Below, piece after piece: positions 51,697 through 60,512 of a stretch of DNA of 64,000 nt. The stretch's first letter is position 1, and every line of letters starts with the position of its first letter. Origin of the DNA: an uncultured bacterium. Lineage in GTDB: Bacteria; Cyanobacteriota; Cyanobacteriia; Thermostichales; Thermostichaceae. The stretch is taken from contig CAZODP010000005.1 in assembly GCA_964578595.1 (NCBI GenBank), positions 4,966 to 68,965 on the forward strand, read 5' to 3'. The notes beneath the pieces were generated by a model. That model made no database searches. It saw only the letters and a list, made by a program, of their open reading frames with translations, and had not been told where the DNA came from. Position numbers and translations under genes: made by a program.

Positions 51697-53001
51697 TCAG
51701 GCTAAAGACTTAATTGCTTGAGCCTCTAGGTAAGCTTCGGGATCCTCTGGATCAAATTGGATCCCGTCAAAAAAGGTCTCTACACCGCGAGAGGTGCTAG
51801 CCGGAATATCAGATTTTTGGCCAATGGCAGTGGCAGCTTCCCGCCACAAATCTTCTCGATTGACTTGCTCAACTAGAGCAGAACTATCGGTATCCGCAGG
51901 TAAATAACCCCACCGAATGTTTTCGGTTAAGAACCACAAGTCGTGGCTTTTGTAGGGATAAGAGGCTTGATCTGTCCAGTATTTTTGCATCAAATCAGTG
52001 CTATCAAGGGTGCGTACCCCAAAGTTAAATCGGCCAATGGAGCGATCAATAATGTCTTCGTAAGGCACTCCAAACCATCGCCGTTGTGAGATAATCTGGC
52101 ACATTTCTTCTTTGTTTTCGGGCTGATCGCACCAGATTTGGGCTTCTTGAACGGCTTGGAGCAGGGCCAGTGCTGCCTTGGGATGTTGATCTACCCAGTC
52201 GGCCCGCATCCCCAAGACTTTTTCGGGGTGATCTTTCCATATTTCGCCTGTGGTCAGAGCACCATAGCCCACATCTTGATTAACGGTTTGGAGGGGCCAG
52301 GGTTCGCCCACACAAAAGGCTTCCATCGAGTTGACTTTGACATTGGCCACCATCTGGGGCGGTGGCACCACGATCATGGCGATATCTTGATTGGGAACAA
52401 TTCCCCCTGCCGCCAACCAGTAGCGTGCCCACAGATCATGGGTGCCTCCTGGGAAGGTCATGGCCATTTTGATCTCTTTACCGGCGGCTTTTTCTTGAGC
52501 AAATACCTCTTTGAGGGGAGAACTATCCAATCCCACCGCCAGGTCTCGATAGCCATTGGCCACCAGGATCCCTTGACCGTTGGTGTTGAGGCGAGCCAGC
52601 ACATACATGGGTAGGGGCTGTCCGTTGTTGATCGATCCGGTGCTGAGTAAATAGGGCATTGGGGTCAAGATATGAGCACCATCGATGCCGCCAGAGCCGG
52701 ATCCCAGCACCAAGTTGTCGCGGGTGGTGCCCCAAGAGGCTTGCTTGTCCACCACCACATCCGTCATGCCATAGTTGGCATAAAAGCCTTTTTCTTGGGC
52801 AATGATCAGGGGGGCGGCATCGGTGAGGGCGATATAGCCCAGTTTGGCACTGGTGGTTTCGGGGGTATCGGCTTGGGCGATCCAGTAGCCACCCGCGGGA
52901 TCATTGGGATTGGCTTGGGCAATACCTGTGGCCACTGCCCCCGCCGCCACAGCAGCGGATCCGGTGAGAAATTGCCGACGAGAAACGGGAGATTGCAACA
53001 T
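51697..53001 (-). CDS. nrtA: nitrate/nitrite-binding protein NrtA, first copy
   Basis: SRRQFLTGSAAVAAGA signal. KLGYIALTDAAPLII, MTFPGGTHDLWARYWLAAGG, FCVGEPWPLQTVNQDVGYGALTTGEIWKDHPEK. I chose the ATG at 53001, because the ORF-track extension to 53154 overlaps nirA. Confidence 0.87.
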   Translation of the reverse strand: MLQSPVSRRQFLTGSAAVAAGAVATGIAQANPNDPAGGYWIAQADTPETTSAKLGYIALTDAAPLIIAQEKGFYANYGMTDVVVDKQASWGTTRDNLVLGSGSGGIDGAHILTPMPYLLSTGSINNGQPLPMYVLARLNTNGQGILVANGYRDLAVGLDSSPLKEVFAQEKAAGKEIKMAMTFPGGTHDLWARYWLAAGGIVPNQDIAMIVVPPPQMVANVKVNSMEAFCVGEPWPLQTVNQDVGYGALTTGEIWKDHPEKVLGMRADWVDQHPKAALALLQAVQEAQIWCDQPENKEEMCQIISQRRWFGVPYEDIIDRSIGRFNFGVRTLDSTDLMQKYWTDQASYPYKSHDLWFLTENIRWGYLPADTDSSALVEQVNREDLWREAATAIGQKSDIPASTSRGVETFFDGIQFDPEDPEAYLEAQAIKSLA

Positions 53002-53101
53002 GACGGGTTTCCTTTGTAAGCAAGGCTTTGTCTGAGATTGAATAAGATGCAATAAAAAACACAGGCAAGAGATGGCCCAGTAGTCGATTTGCGAGGGAGC
53101 G

Positions 53102-54640
53102 TCAGGCCACGGGGGCAGATCCGCTGAGGACCCGATCCCGGCGTCTGGCCCCAAAGTGCTCGATCAACAGCTCCACCAGGACGGGTTTGAGATCTTGACA
53201 AGGGATCCCTTTGCGAACGCAGTCCCCGAGTTTGGCGTCTTTGCCCACTTCGCCCCCCATGTAGATATCCACCGCCTCCACCGCTTTGCCCTCGACCCGG
53301 GCGGTGGTGCCCATCAGGCCAATATCCGCCACTTGCGGTTGACCACAGGAATTAGGACAGCCCGTCCAGTGGATCCGCACCGTCTGGGGGATATCTAGCT
53401 CTTGCTCCAAAGCCTCCATCAGGGCCACCGCCTGATTTTTGGTCTCGATCAGGGCAAAGTTGCAAAATTGACTGCCGGTGCAGGACACCAACCCCCGCTG
53501 CAATGGCCCTGGATGGGGGGAAAACTTGGCCAGGAGCGGTTCTTTGAGCAGAGGGGCCACCCGCGAATCCGGCACATTGGGGATCAAGACATTTTGCTCC
53601 ACCGTCAGCCGCAACTCGCCGGATCCATACACCTCCCCCAACCGGGCCAGCTCCATCATGTCCAGGGCATTGAGGCGGCCCACCGGCACATTGATCCCGA
53701 TAAAATTGAGTCCCGGCTGTTTTTGGGCGTGAACCCCGATCAAGTTGCGTTTATTACAGGTGACTTCATCCTGCTGGGCTGCCCGGGGCAGAGGATGGCC
53801 GATCTGGGCCTCCATTGCCGCCCGAAACTGGTCTGCGCCCCAGTCATCCAGCAGCCACATCAGCCGTGATTTTTGCCGATTGGCCCGGGGGCCGTGATCT
53901 CGGTAGAGGATCAAGACCGCTTCACAAATCGCCACCACATCGCGGGGATCCGCCCAGACATCCAGCGGGATCGCCTCTGCACAGCGGCGGGCCGAAAAGA
54001 ACCCCCCCACCAGCACGTTGAAGCCTAATTTGCCATTTTTGTAGGCGGGCACAAAAGCCAGGTCATTGATCTCGGCATGAACCGAGTTATCCCGGCACCC
54101 AGCGATGGCGATATTGAACTTGCGGGGCAAATTGGTGAAAGACTCGTTCCCCTCACCGTTATTGGTGATCATGTCCTGGACTTTGCGGGTCAGACCCCGC
54201 ACATCAATCAGCTCATCGGGATCGATGCCCGCCAGTGGCGATCCGGTGATATTGCGGACATTATCCATGCCAGATTGCACACTGGTCAGCCCCACATCTT
54301 TGAGGTAACCCAGAATCTGCGGCATTTCTTCAATCGGGATCCCCCGCAGTTGCAGGTTTTGGCGAGTGGTGATGTCAGCCACCCCATCGGCCCCATAGGG
54401 ATGAATGATCGCCCCCAACATCCGCATTTGGCCGCTGGTCAAGATCCCATTGGGAACCCGCAGCCGCAGCATAAACTGGCCCGGTGTGCGCTTGCGCGAA
54501 AAGATCCCCAGCCACTTGAGCCGATGATCGCGGTCATCAACAGGGATGTTGTCCCAACCCAGGCTGGCGAAATGCTCCAGTTCTGCCTGGACTGCTAAGC
54601 CATCCTTCTCACTTTTAATTCGTTCAAATTGATTCGCCAT
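53102..54640 (-). CDS. nirA: ferredoxin--nitrite reductase
   Basis: 512 aa. MANQFERIKSEKDG, TTRQNLQLRGI, sirohaem/4Fe-4S cysteines (SCTGSQFCNFALIETK, WTGCPNSCGQ). Confidence 0.95.
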   Translation of the reverse strand: MANQFERIKSEKDGLAVQAELEHFASLGWDNIPVDDRDHRLKWLGIFSRKRTPGQFMLRLRVPNGILTSGQMRMLGAIIHPYGADGVADITTRQNLQLRGIPIEEMPQILGYLKDVGLTSVQSGMDNVRNITGSPLAGIDPDELIDVRGLTRKVQDMITNNGEGNESFTNLPRKFNIAIAGCRDNSVHAEINDLAFVPAYKNGKLGFNVLVGGFFSARRCAEAIPLDVWADPRDVVAICEAVLILYRDHGPRANRQKSRLMWLLDDWGADQFRAAMEAQIGHPLPRAAQQDEVTCNKRNLIGVHAQKQPGLNFIGINVPVGRLNALDMMELARLGEVYGSGELRLTVEQNVLIPNVPDSRVAPLLKEPLLAKFSPHPGPLQRGLVSCTGSQFCNFALIETKNQAVALMEALEQELDIPQTVRIHWTGCPNSCGQPQVADIGLMGTTARVEGKAVEAVDIYMGGEVGKDAKLGDCVRKGIPCQDLKPVLVELLIEHFGARRRDRVLSGSAPVA

Positions 54641-54666
54641 CGCTCAACCCGTAGGCCAACACTGCC

Positions 54667-54708
54667 AATCTATTGAAATGGCTCGTTAACTTTAGTAATG
54701 GCTGTTAC
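54667..54708 (-). promoter_or_regulatory. NtcA-activated class II-type promoter of the nirA operon: GTA-N8-TAC, then 22 nt, then TAGATT
   Basis: Plus strand 54695-54708 reads GTAATGGCTGTTAC (palindromic GTA N8 TAC). On the minus strand, exactly 22 nt downstream, TAGATT (54672-54667) fits the TAN3T -10 consensus. The nirA ATG is at 54640. Confidence 0.6.
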
Positions 54709-54783
54709 GTTTCTCAATAGACTATGAGCTTTAGTCATGATTGAAATGACAAAGTTGTATACTGATCCCCTCGTCTGACCCTC

Positions 54784-56328
54784 TTACTCCAGGCGCACCA
54801 CCGGGATCCCTTCTGCCAAAAGGGTGCCGGTGAGGAGATCCCAGAGGGTGGCTCGCAACATCCGCCCCGGATCCACCTCCAGCTCCAGCCGCAGCCGATC
54901 TGCCCCCGGTTGGCCCGCCGGATCCAACTGAGCCAAACAGAGCGGATCCGTCTGTAGCGGTCGAAAATCTGCCGGTCGGATCAAGGGACGACTGGTCATG
55001 CGACCTTGCTCATCAAAGGCCACTTCGGACTGGGATCCCTCTCGCACTTGGCCGATATCAAGGCATATCTCGGTTTGGCCCGCTTGAGCCGCCTGCAAAA
55101 TCAAAGGGTCTGCACAGCGATGGGGATAGCTGGATCCTTTCTCTAGGATTGGCAGCAGGATCGGGGTCTGGAGGGCCGGATCCCACAGTCGGAGAGCATA
55201 GCTGTGGCGGAGATGATCGGTGATTTGCAGATGGGATCCCACTTTGAGGGCACCGACCGCCACCGCACTCAGGGGTTGCGAGCCACTGACTTTGTGGGGG
55301 CCAAAGGCGGTTTTGATCAGGGTCTGAATCGCCGGAATTTTGCAGGTGCCTCCCACCAATACCACTTGGTCAATTTGGCGGCGGGGGATCCCTTTTTGTT
55401 GGGCCAGGATCACAATCTCGTCCAGGGCTTGGCGCAGTTGATCCAAGAGGCCATTTTGCTCCAGCAAGCTCTCTAGCTCCATTTGGGTGAGGCTGATCTC
55501 ATGGGCCATGAACCGCTCATCATCAAACCAGCTTTCTACAGCGGTGGCTTGATCCGACAGCCGGATTTTGAGTCGCTCAGCAATATCCAACAAAATCTGG
55601 CCCCCCAAGGATCCCACCTCAGCCTGGGTCAAGCCCATCTGCTGCAAATGCCGCTCCAGGATCCAGGTATCAATGTCGATCCCCCCCACCCAAGCCTCAG
55701 ACTTGGCGATCACCTCCGCTTTAAGGGTGGTTTCTCCGGGGCTAGGTACTTGGATGCGCACCAAGCTCAGATCCAACGTTCCACCCCCAAAGTCCACCAC
55801 CAACACACAGGATCCCGGCTGCTCGATGGCATAGCCCAGGGCGGCGGCGGTGGATTCGTCCACAATCCCCACTGAGGGCAACTCTAATCCTGCTGCCAAC
55901 TGCCGCAACCACTGGGCATAGCGTTCAAAGGATCCCACCGGCACCGTAAAAATCACCTGACTGGGCTGGATCCCCTGGTTTTGGATCCCGGCGATGATCG
56001 CCCTCAAAAACAGCTCCGCCACCTGCTCGGATCCGTAGGTGCGCCCATCCAATTGCCGAGGGGGAGGCACAAACTCAGCCACCAGATCCCGCTTAAACCC
56101 CCGAAAATACCGCTGCGGATCCCGCATCGCCAGCCGCTGTGCCCGAACCGGTTCCCCCACCCAAATCCGCTCCGGATCCACATACACCACCGTCGGCACC
56201 GCATCCACCTGCGGATCCAATCGGGCGGACAGCTCCGGCAATGACAGGATTTGGATCTGATCCTGCTCCGGATCTAGAACTGCGATCACCGTATTGCTGG
56301 TGCCAAAATCAATCGCAACAATGCTCAT
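54784..56328 (-). CDS. Hsp70-family ATPase (non-canonical, lidless DnaK-like protein)
   Basis: Actin-fold NBD motifs: AIDFGTSNTVIAV, VVDFGGGTLDLSLV, VVLVGGTCKIPAIQ. A short beta-rich C-terminal region follows, with no helical lid or EEVD-type tail. Confidence 0.85.
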   Translation of the reverse strand: MSIVAIDFGTSNTVIAVLDPEQDQIQILSLPELSARLDPQVDAVPTVVYVDPERIWVGEPVRAQRLAMRDPQRYFRGFKRDLVAEFVPPPRQLDGRTYGSEQVAELFLRAIIAGIQNQGIQPSQVIFTVPVGSFERYAQWLRQLAAGLELPSVGIVDESTAAALGYAIEQPGSCVLVVDFGGGTLDLSLVRIQVPSPGETTLKAEVIAKSEAWVGGIDIDTWILERHLQQMGLTQAEVGSLGGQILLDIAERLKIRLSDQATAVESWFDDERFMAHEISLTQMELESLLEQNGLLDQLRQALDEIVILAQQKGIPRRQIDQVVLVGGTCKIPAIQTLIKTAFGPHKVSGSQPLSAVAVGALKVGSHLQITDHLRHSYALRLWDPALQTPILLPILEKGSSYPHRCADPLILQAAQAGQTEICLDIGQVREGSQSEVAFDEQGRMTSRPLIRPADFRPLQTDPLCLAQLDPAGQPGADRLRLELEVDPGRMLRATLWDLLTGTLLAEGIPVVRLE

Positions 56329-56363
56329 TCATCCAGCTCTCTTGCTTCAGACCTTATGAATGA

Positions 56364-57011
56364 TCAGACCTCAATCCCGGCGGGCAGGGTTTGACTGACT
56401 CTGGCTGGGCACAAAATCTCATCCCCCCGTCGATAGCCCACATAGCGGATAAACACCGGATCCCCTGGCTGCAATGGCCCCCGATCCGCCTGATGCAGCA
56501 CCGGATCAAACGCCACCGGATCCCAGACCGCTCCAATCGGCTGGATCCCCCAGGTTTCTAGGAGGGTGTCGAGGGGGCGAAACAGGGCCACCAGATTCTG
56601 GGCAGGCAGCTGCGGCTTGACTTGGGCCAACCTAGTGGCACTGGGATATTGGGTCAGCAGTAATTGCAAGATCCGGAAGGCTTCGGCCTGAGCAGAATCC
56701 CACTGTTTTTTGGGGGTTTCCGCCTCTGGGGCGGCTTGAACTCCTGTAGGATCTGAAGCTAAACACACTTCGGCCTGTTCTGAAAACTCATCCGCCCAGA
56801 TCGCCAGTCGTCTCAATAACTCTGGAATCGACCATTGCAAGACCACGGCCACGGATCCCAACTGTGCCCACCGCAGCCGCTCAATCCGCCCTTGCCGCAG
56901 AGCTTGGATCACGCGCCGACTCACCCCAGCTTGTTGTCCCAAGGCCCTCCAGGAGAGGATCCCCACCTCCGTCATCCGCTGCCGCAACTGCTGATCATGC
57001 CGCTCCGCCAT
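56364..57011 (-). CDS. HTH-domain protein fused to a GrpE-like C-terminal domain
   Basis: N-terminal Cro/C1-like HTH (LSWRALGQQAGVSRRVIQALRQGRIERLRWAQL). The C-terminus GIQPIGAVWDPVAFDPVLHQA....PGDPVFIRYVGYRRGDEILCPARV follows the GrpE beta-domain pattern (G.e.i...G..FDP..H.A..........V.....GY......lRPA.V). Confidence 0.55.
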   Translation of the reverse strand: MAERHDQQLRQRMTEVGILSWRALGQQAGVSRRVIQALRQGRIERLRWAQLGSVAVVLQWSIPELLRRLAIWADEFSEQAEVCLASDPTGVQAAPEAETPKKQWDSAQAEAFRILQLLLTQYPSATRLAQVKPQLPAQNLVALFRPLDTLLETWGIQPIGAVWDPVAFDPVLHQADRGPLQPGDPVFIRYVGYRRGDEILCPARVSQTLPAGIEV

Positions 57012-57057
57012 AGTTACATAAAAGTCTGTATAAAAGTATATTTACCTACAAGCCCGA

Positions 57058-57636
57058 TCAAGCCATGGGCGGAGGGGCCATATCCTCCGGTTCAGGGCTG
57101 GAGATAGGTTCAGCACTGGAGGATTCTGTTAAATCAGGTTCAGGAGCTGGAGTGGACAGCGGGGTTGGAGCTGGGGTCGGCATCAACTCCACCAACTGCC
57201 ACGGATCCTGGGCCAGATTGCTGACTGTATTCGACCGAGCACCCGCCGCCGGAGTTAATAGCCGCCAAGTGGGAGGATCCAGCAGGTCAGAGATCAGGGT
57301 GAGCTTAAAGGGCTGATCGAGGCGTCGGTAGGCTTGCCCATTCCCCAGGGGATCAACTCGGACTGTATAAAATCCCGCCACCACCTTGCCTGGTAGAGGA
57401 TCCCCGCCCTCAGGATTGGGCACCTCAACCGAGCGGACTGACTGCACCTCCAGCTCCAACAGTTTGAGTCGGGATCCCAACTCCTCTTGACCCACCAACT
57501 CATGCAAAGGACTATCTACCCCAGAGAGCTGATGCCAGATCGCCTGCTCCACCACCTGATCCGGCACCCCGGCCCCGCAGCCGGTCACCAGAGCCACCAC
57601 CAGCACCAGGATCCAGCCCATCAGGGATCTCATCAC
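57058..57636 (-). CDS. hypothetical lipoprotein
   Basis: Lipobox LVTGC after a hydrophobic signal. Pro/Thr/Ser/Glu-rich tail. The start overlaps the ilvH stop (ATGA). Confidence 0.5.
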   Translation of the reverse strand: MMRSLMGWILVLVVALVTGCGAGVPDQVVEQAIWHQLSGVDSPLHELVGQEELGSRLKLLELEVQSVRSVEVPNPEGGDPLPGKVVAGFYTVRVDPLGNGQAYRRLDQPFKLTLISDLLDPPTWRLLTPAAGARSNTVSNLAQDPWQLVELMPTPAPTPLSTPAPEPDLTESSSAEPISSPEPEDMAPPPMA

Positions 57637-58196
57637 ACCCCCGCCAAGGCACCGCTGGGGATCCCTTGATGCTTGAGAAACTCTGTGTTGACCCCCGACT
57701 CCCGCACCAGAGCCACCACCCCTGTTCTGGCGATCTCTCGGATGCCAAAGCCAGAGAGCATTTTGATAATGGCCACCATCTTGCCTGGATCCCCGGTGAC
57801 CTCCAGGGTGAGGGACTCTTCGGCCACATCCACAATCCGGGCCCGAAACATCTGGGCCACATCCATAATGTCGGAGCGGGTGGCTGGGGTGGCATTGATC
57901 TTGATCAGCATCAACTCCCGTTCCACACAGGGGATGTCGGTAATGTCATTGACCTTGAGGACATCGATCAGTTTATAGAGCTGCTTGGTGATCTGTTCTA
58001 CCTCTTGGTCATCCCCTGGCACCACCATGATCAGCCGTGAGATCCCAGGCCGTTCGGTTGGCCCCACCGTCAGGCTATCGATGTTGTAGCCGCGCCGCGC
58101 AAACATGCCCGCAATTCGGGACAAAACGCCAGGCTGGTCTTGGACAAGGGCCGTCAGGGTGTGTTTTTGCTTCATAGCGTCAGAACCGGATCCCAC
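57633..58196 (-). CDS. ilvH: acetolactate synthase small (regulatory) subunit
   Basis: ACT domain [37 protein letters not shown] plus the ALS_ss_C domain. The start is the GTG at 58196 or the Met at MKQKHTL. Confidence 0.9.
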   Translation of the reverse strand: MGSGSDAMKQKHTLTALVQDQPGVLSRIAGMFARRGYNIDSLTVGPTERPGISRLIMVVPGDDQEVEQITKQLYKLIDVLKVNDITDIPCVERELMLIKINATPATRSDIMDVAQMFRARIVDVAEESLTLEVTGDPGKMVAIIKMLSGFGIREIARTGVVALVRESGVNTEFLKHQGIPSGALAGV

Positions 58197-58222
58197 TGCT
58201 CAAGGATCCTAACCCCAAATCT

Positions 58223-58330
58223 CTACATATCTGCGCCGCGAGCATACAGCAAAAAGATCACCGCAGGGCCAGCCAGCACAATCATGGCCAACAGAGCCAA
58301 CTGAATAAATACTTCGTATTGTCCAAACAT
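58223..58330 (-). CDS. psb30: photosystem II reaction centre protein Psb30 (Ycf12), 35 aa; not in the supplied ORF track
   Basis: My own translation of the minus strand gives MFGQYEVFIQLALLAMIVLAGPAVIFLLYARGADM. It has one TM helix, and the (I/V)(A/V)GP.(V/I)I.LL...R.G(D/N)(L/M) C-terminus is characteristic of Ycf12. Confidence 0.7.
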   Translation of the reverse strand: MFGQYEVFIQLALLAMIVLAGPAVIFLLYARGADM

Positions 58331-58456
58331 GAGGTCTGATGCTCCCGCGATGCACTAAATCGGATCCTAATCAATCCAGATCATAGAAAAGAGCGTCCCA
58401 GCCCCTGAGAGAGTCGTTACTAAAATTAACAGTCCATCACCGGATCCGATCGCCCC

Positions 58457-59122
58457 TCACCACTCCAGTTGATGACTGATCTGCTTGAGCCACCGCCGCC
58501 GAGCCTTGTAATCCGGCAATAGGGATCCCACACAGTCCCAAAACTGAGTCGAATGATTGAGATGCCGCAGATGACACAGCTCATGCACCACCACGTAGTC
58601 CAAGATCGCCAGCGGAGCCATCATCAGCCGCCAATTAAACCGCAACTCCCCTTTTGCATTGCAACTGCCCCAGCGTCGGCGCGGATCCCGAATCAACACC
58701 GGCGGCCTCGGCACCCCCAGCTCAAGCCGATAAACCTCCACCCGCTGCGGAATCACCCGACTGGCCTCAGCCTGGTACCAATCCTTGACCAGGCCACCCA
58801 GGATCTGAGGATCCCCAATATCTGGCACCCACAAAATCCTCGCTTCTAGGCCAATCCCCAGCCGACTCTGATCCCGTCTCAGCACCAAAGAATCCCCCAG
58901 ATACCCAATCTCCTCACCGTCTGCAAACCGTCGCGCCGGAGGCCGAGGCCGTGCCGCCAACTCCTCTTGCTTGCGTCGGATCCAATCTTGCTTTTGAGTC
59001 ACCCAAGCATCGAGATGGGCCAGCGGGATCCCATGAGGACAACGCAAAACAACCCCCTCCCGGGTCACCTGCAATGAGACCGTCTTGCGTCGCTGGCTCC
59101 GCACCACCCGATAGGCCACCAT
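58457..59122 (-). CDS. M48-family / DUF45 (YgjP-like) zinc metallopeptidase
   Basis: HELCHLRHLNHS (HExxH) near the C-terminus. RRRWGSCNAKGELRFNWRLMMAP is typical of the YgjP/DUF45 family. Confidence 0.85.
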   Translation of the reverse strand: MVAYRVVRSQRRKTVSLQVTREGVVLRCPHGIPLAHLDAWVTQKQDWIRRKQEELAARPRPPARRFADGEEIGYLGDSLVLRRDQSRLGIGLEARILWVPDIGDPQILGGLVKDWYQAEASRVIPQRVEVYRLELGVPRPPVLIRDPRRRWGSCNAKGELRFNWRLMMAPLAILDYVVVHELCHLRHLNHSTQFWDCVGSLLPDYKARRRWLKQISHQLEW

Positions 59123-59181
59123 CCCCCGTTATCCTTGCGTTATGAGTGGGTTATGAGCGTGTGTTGTGAGTGCTCTGTAAG

Positions 59182-60306
59182 TCAAGACTGCTCTTGCGGT
59201 GCCAATGCCGGATCCCCAAAGCCACACTGAGCCTGTTGGCGCAGCAGATGATCACACAGCACTAGAGCCACCATCGCCTCCACCATCGGCACCGCTCTGG
59301 GCAATACACAGGGATCATGTCGCCCCCGTGCCGCCAACAGGGTCTCCTGTCCCTCTGTGGTGACGGTACGCTGCTCTTGGCGAATTGTAGCGGTTGGTTT
59401 GAAGGCCACCCGCAAAACGATATCCTCCCCATTGGAGATCCCCCCCTGGATCCCGCCAGAGCGATTGGTGGCCGTGCGCCATGTGCCATCGGATCCGATC
59501 ACAAACTCGTCATTGTGCTGCTTGCCGGTGAGATAAGTCCCCCCAAAGCCGGATCCAATCTCAAAACCCTTGCTGGCCGGCAACGACATCACCCCCTTAG
59601 CCAGATCCGCTTCCAGTTTGTCAAACACCGGGGATCCCAGTCCTCGCGGCACCCGACGGGCCACACAGGTGACAATTCCCCCCAGCGAATCCCCCTCTTT
59701 GCCCGCCTGCTCAATCCGGCGGATCATTTCTGATGCAATATCTGAATCGGGGCAGCGGACGGGATTGGCCTCAATCTGAGCCAACGTCACCTGAGCGGGA
59801 TCGATCTGAGCCTCAATCTGATGCACCCGCTGCACATAAGCCAGGATCTCCACCCCAGCCACCTGCCGTAAAATCTTTTTGGCAATCGCCCCTGCCGCCA
59901 CCCGGCCAATGGTCTCGCGGGCCGAAGCGCGTCCCCCCCCTTGCCAATTGCGGATCCCATATTTAGCCTCATAGGTGGCATCCGCATGGGAGGGCCGAAA
60001 AGCCTTTTCCATCTCGCGGTAGTCTTGGGAGCGGGCATCTTTGTTGCGCACCATGATGTGAATGGGAGTGCCGGTGGTCAATCCCTGAAAGACCCCAGAG
60101 GTGATCTCACAGTGATCAGCCTCTTGGCGGGGGGTGGTGATATGGCTCTGGCCGGGCCGCCGCCGATCTAGCTCCCCCTGAATATCGGCCTCCGCAAGCG
60201 GGATCCGAGGAGGGCAGCCATCCACAACCACCCCCACCGCACCCCCATGCGACTCCCCATAGGTGGTGATCCCAAACATCACCCCAAAAGAATTGCCATT
60301 TGCCAT
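59182..60306 (-). CDS. aroC: chorismate synthase
   Basis: [71 protein letters not shown] chose the ATG at 60306. Confidence 0.95.
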   Translation of the reverse strand: MANGNSFGVMFGITTYGESHGGAVGVVVDGCPPRIPLAEADIQGELDRRRPGQSHITTPRQEADHCEITSGVFQGLTTGTPIHIMVRNKDARSQDYREMEKAFRPSHADATYEAKYGIRNWQGGGRASARETIGRVAAGAIAKKILRQVAGVEILAYVQRVHQIEAQIDPAQVTLAQIEANPVRCPDSDIASEMIRRIEQAGKEGDSLGGIVTCVARRVPRGLGSPVFDKLEADLAKGVMSLPASKGFEIGSGFGGTYLTGKQHNDEFVIGSDGTWRTATNRSGGIQGGISNGEDIVLRVAFKPTATIRQEQRTVTTEGQETLLAARGRHDPCVLPRAVPMVEAMVALVLCDHLLRQQAQCGFGDPALAPQEQS

Positions 60307-60466
60307 AGCTCTGCTGACCTGGATCCAGTGCAATCTAGCCCTCACAGGATACAGCAAGATGCTTTGGGCTGACACAGAGCCACGACAGACTCTCCAGAGC
60401 CGGGGGTTCCAAACCGTGTCGGATCCGGTTATAGTTCAAGCACTCATTTGCAACCTAACGATCCAA

Positions 60467-60499
60467 CTAGAAGTCCTAGAAGTCAACCTAGAAGTCAAC
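60467..60499. repeat. three copies of CTAGAAGTC (the last two as CTAGAAGTCAAC x2) in the aroC / methyltransferase divergent spacer
   Basis: Read directly. Confidence 0.9.
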
Positions 60500-60512
60500 C
60501 GAGGCAGTAGTC

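Noticed and set aside
53002-53154. N-terminal extension of the first nrtA ORF into nirA.
   Set aside because: It overlaps the nirA 3' end. The Tat-like signal peptide, which parallels the second copy, begins at the ATG at 53001.
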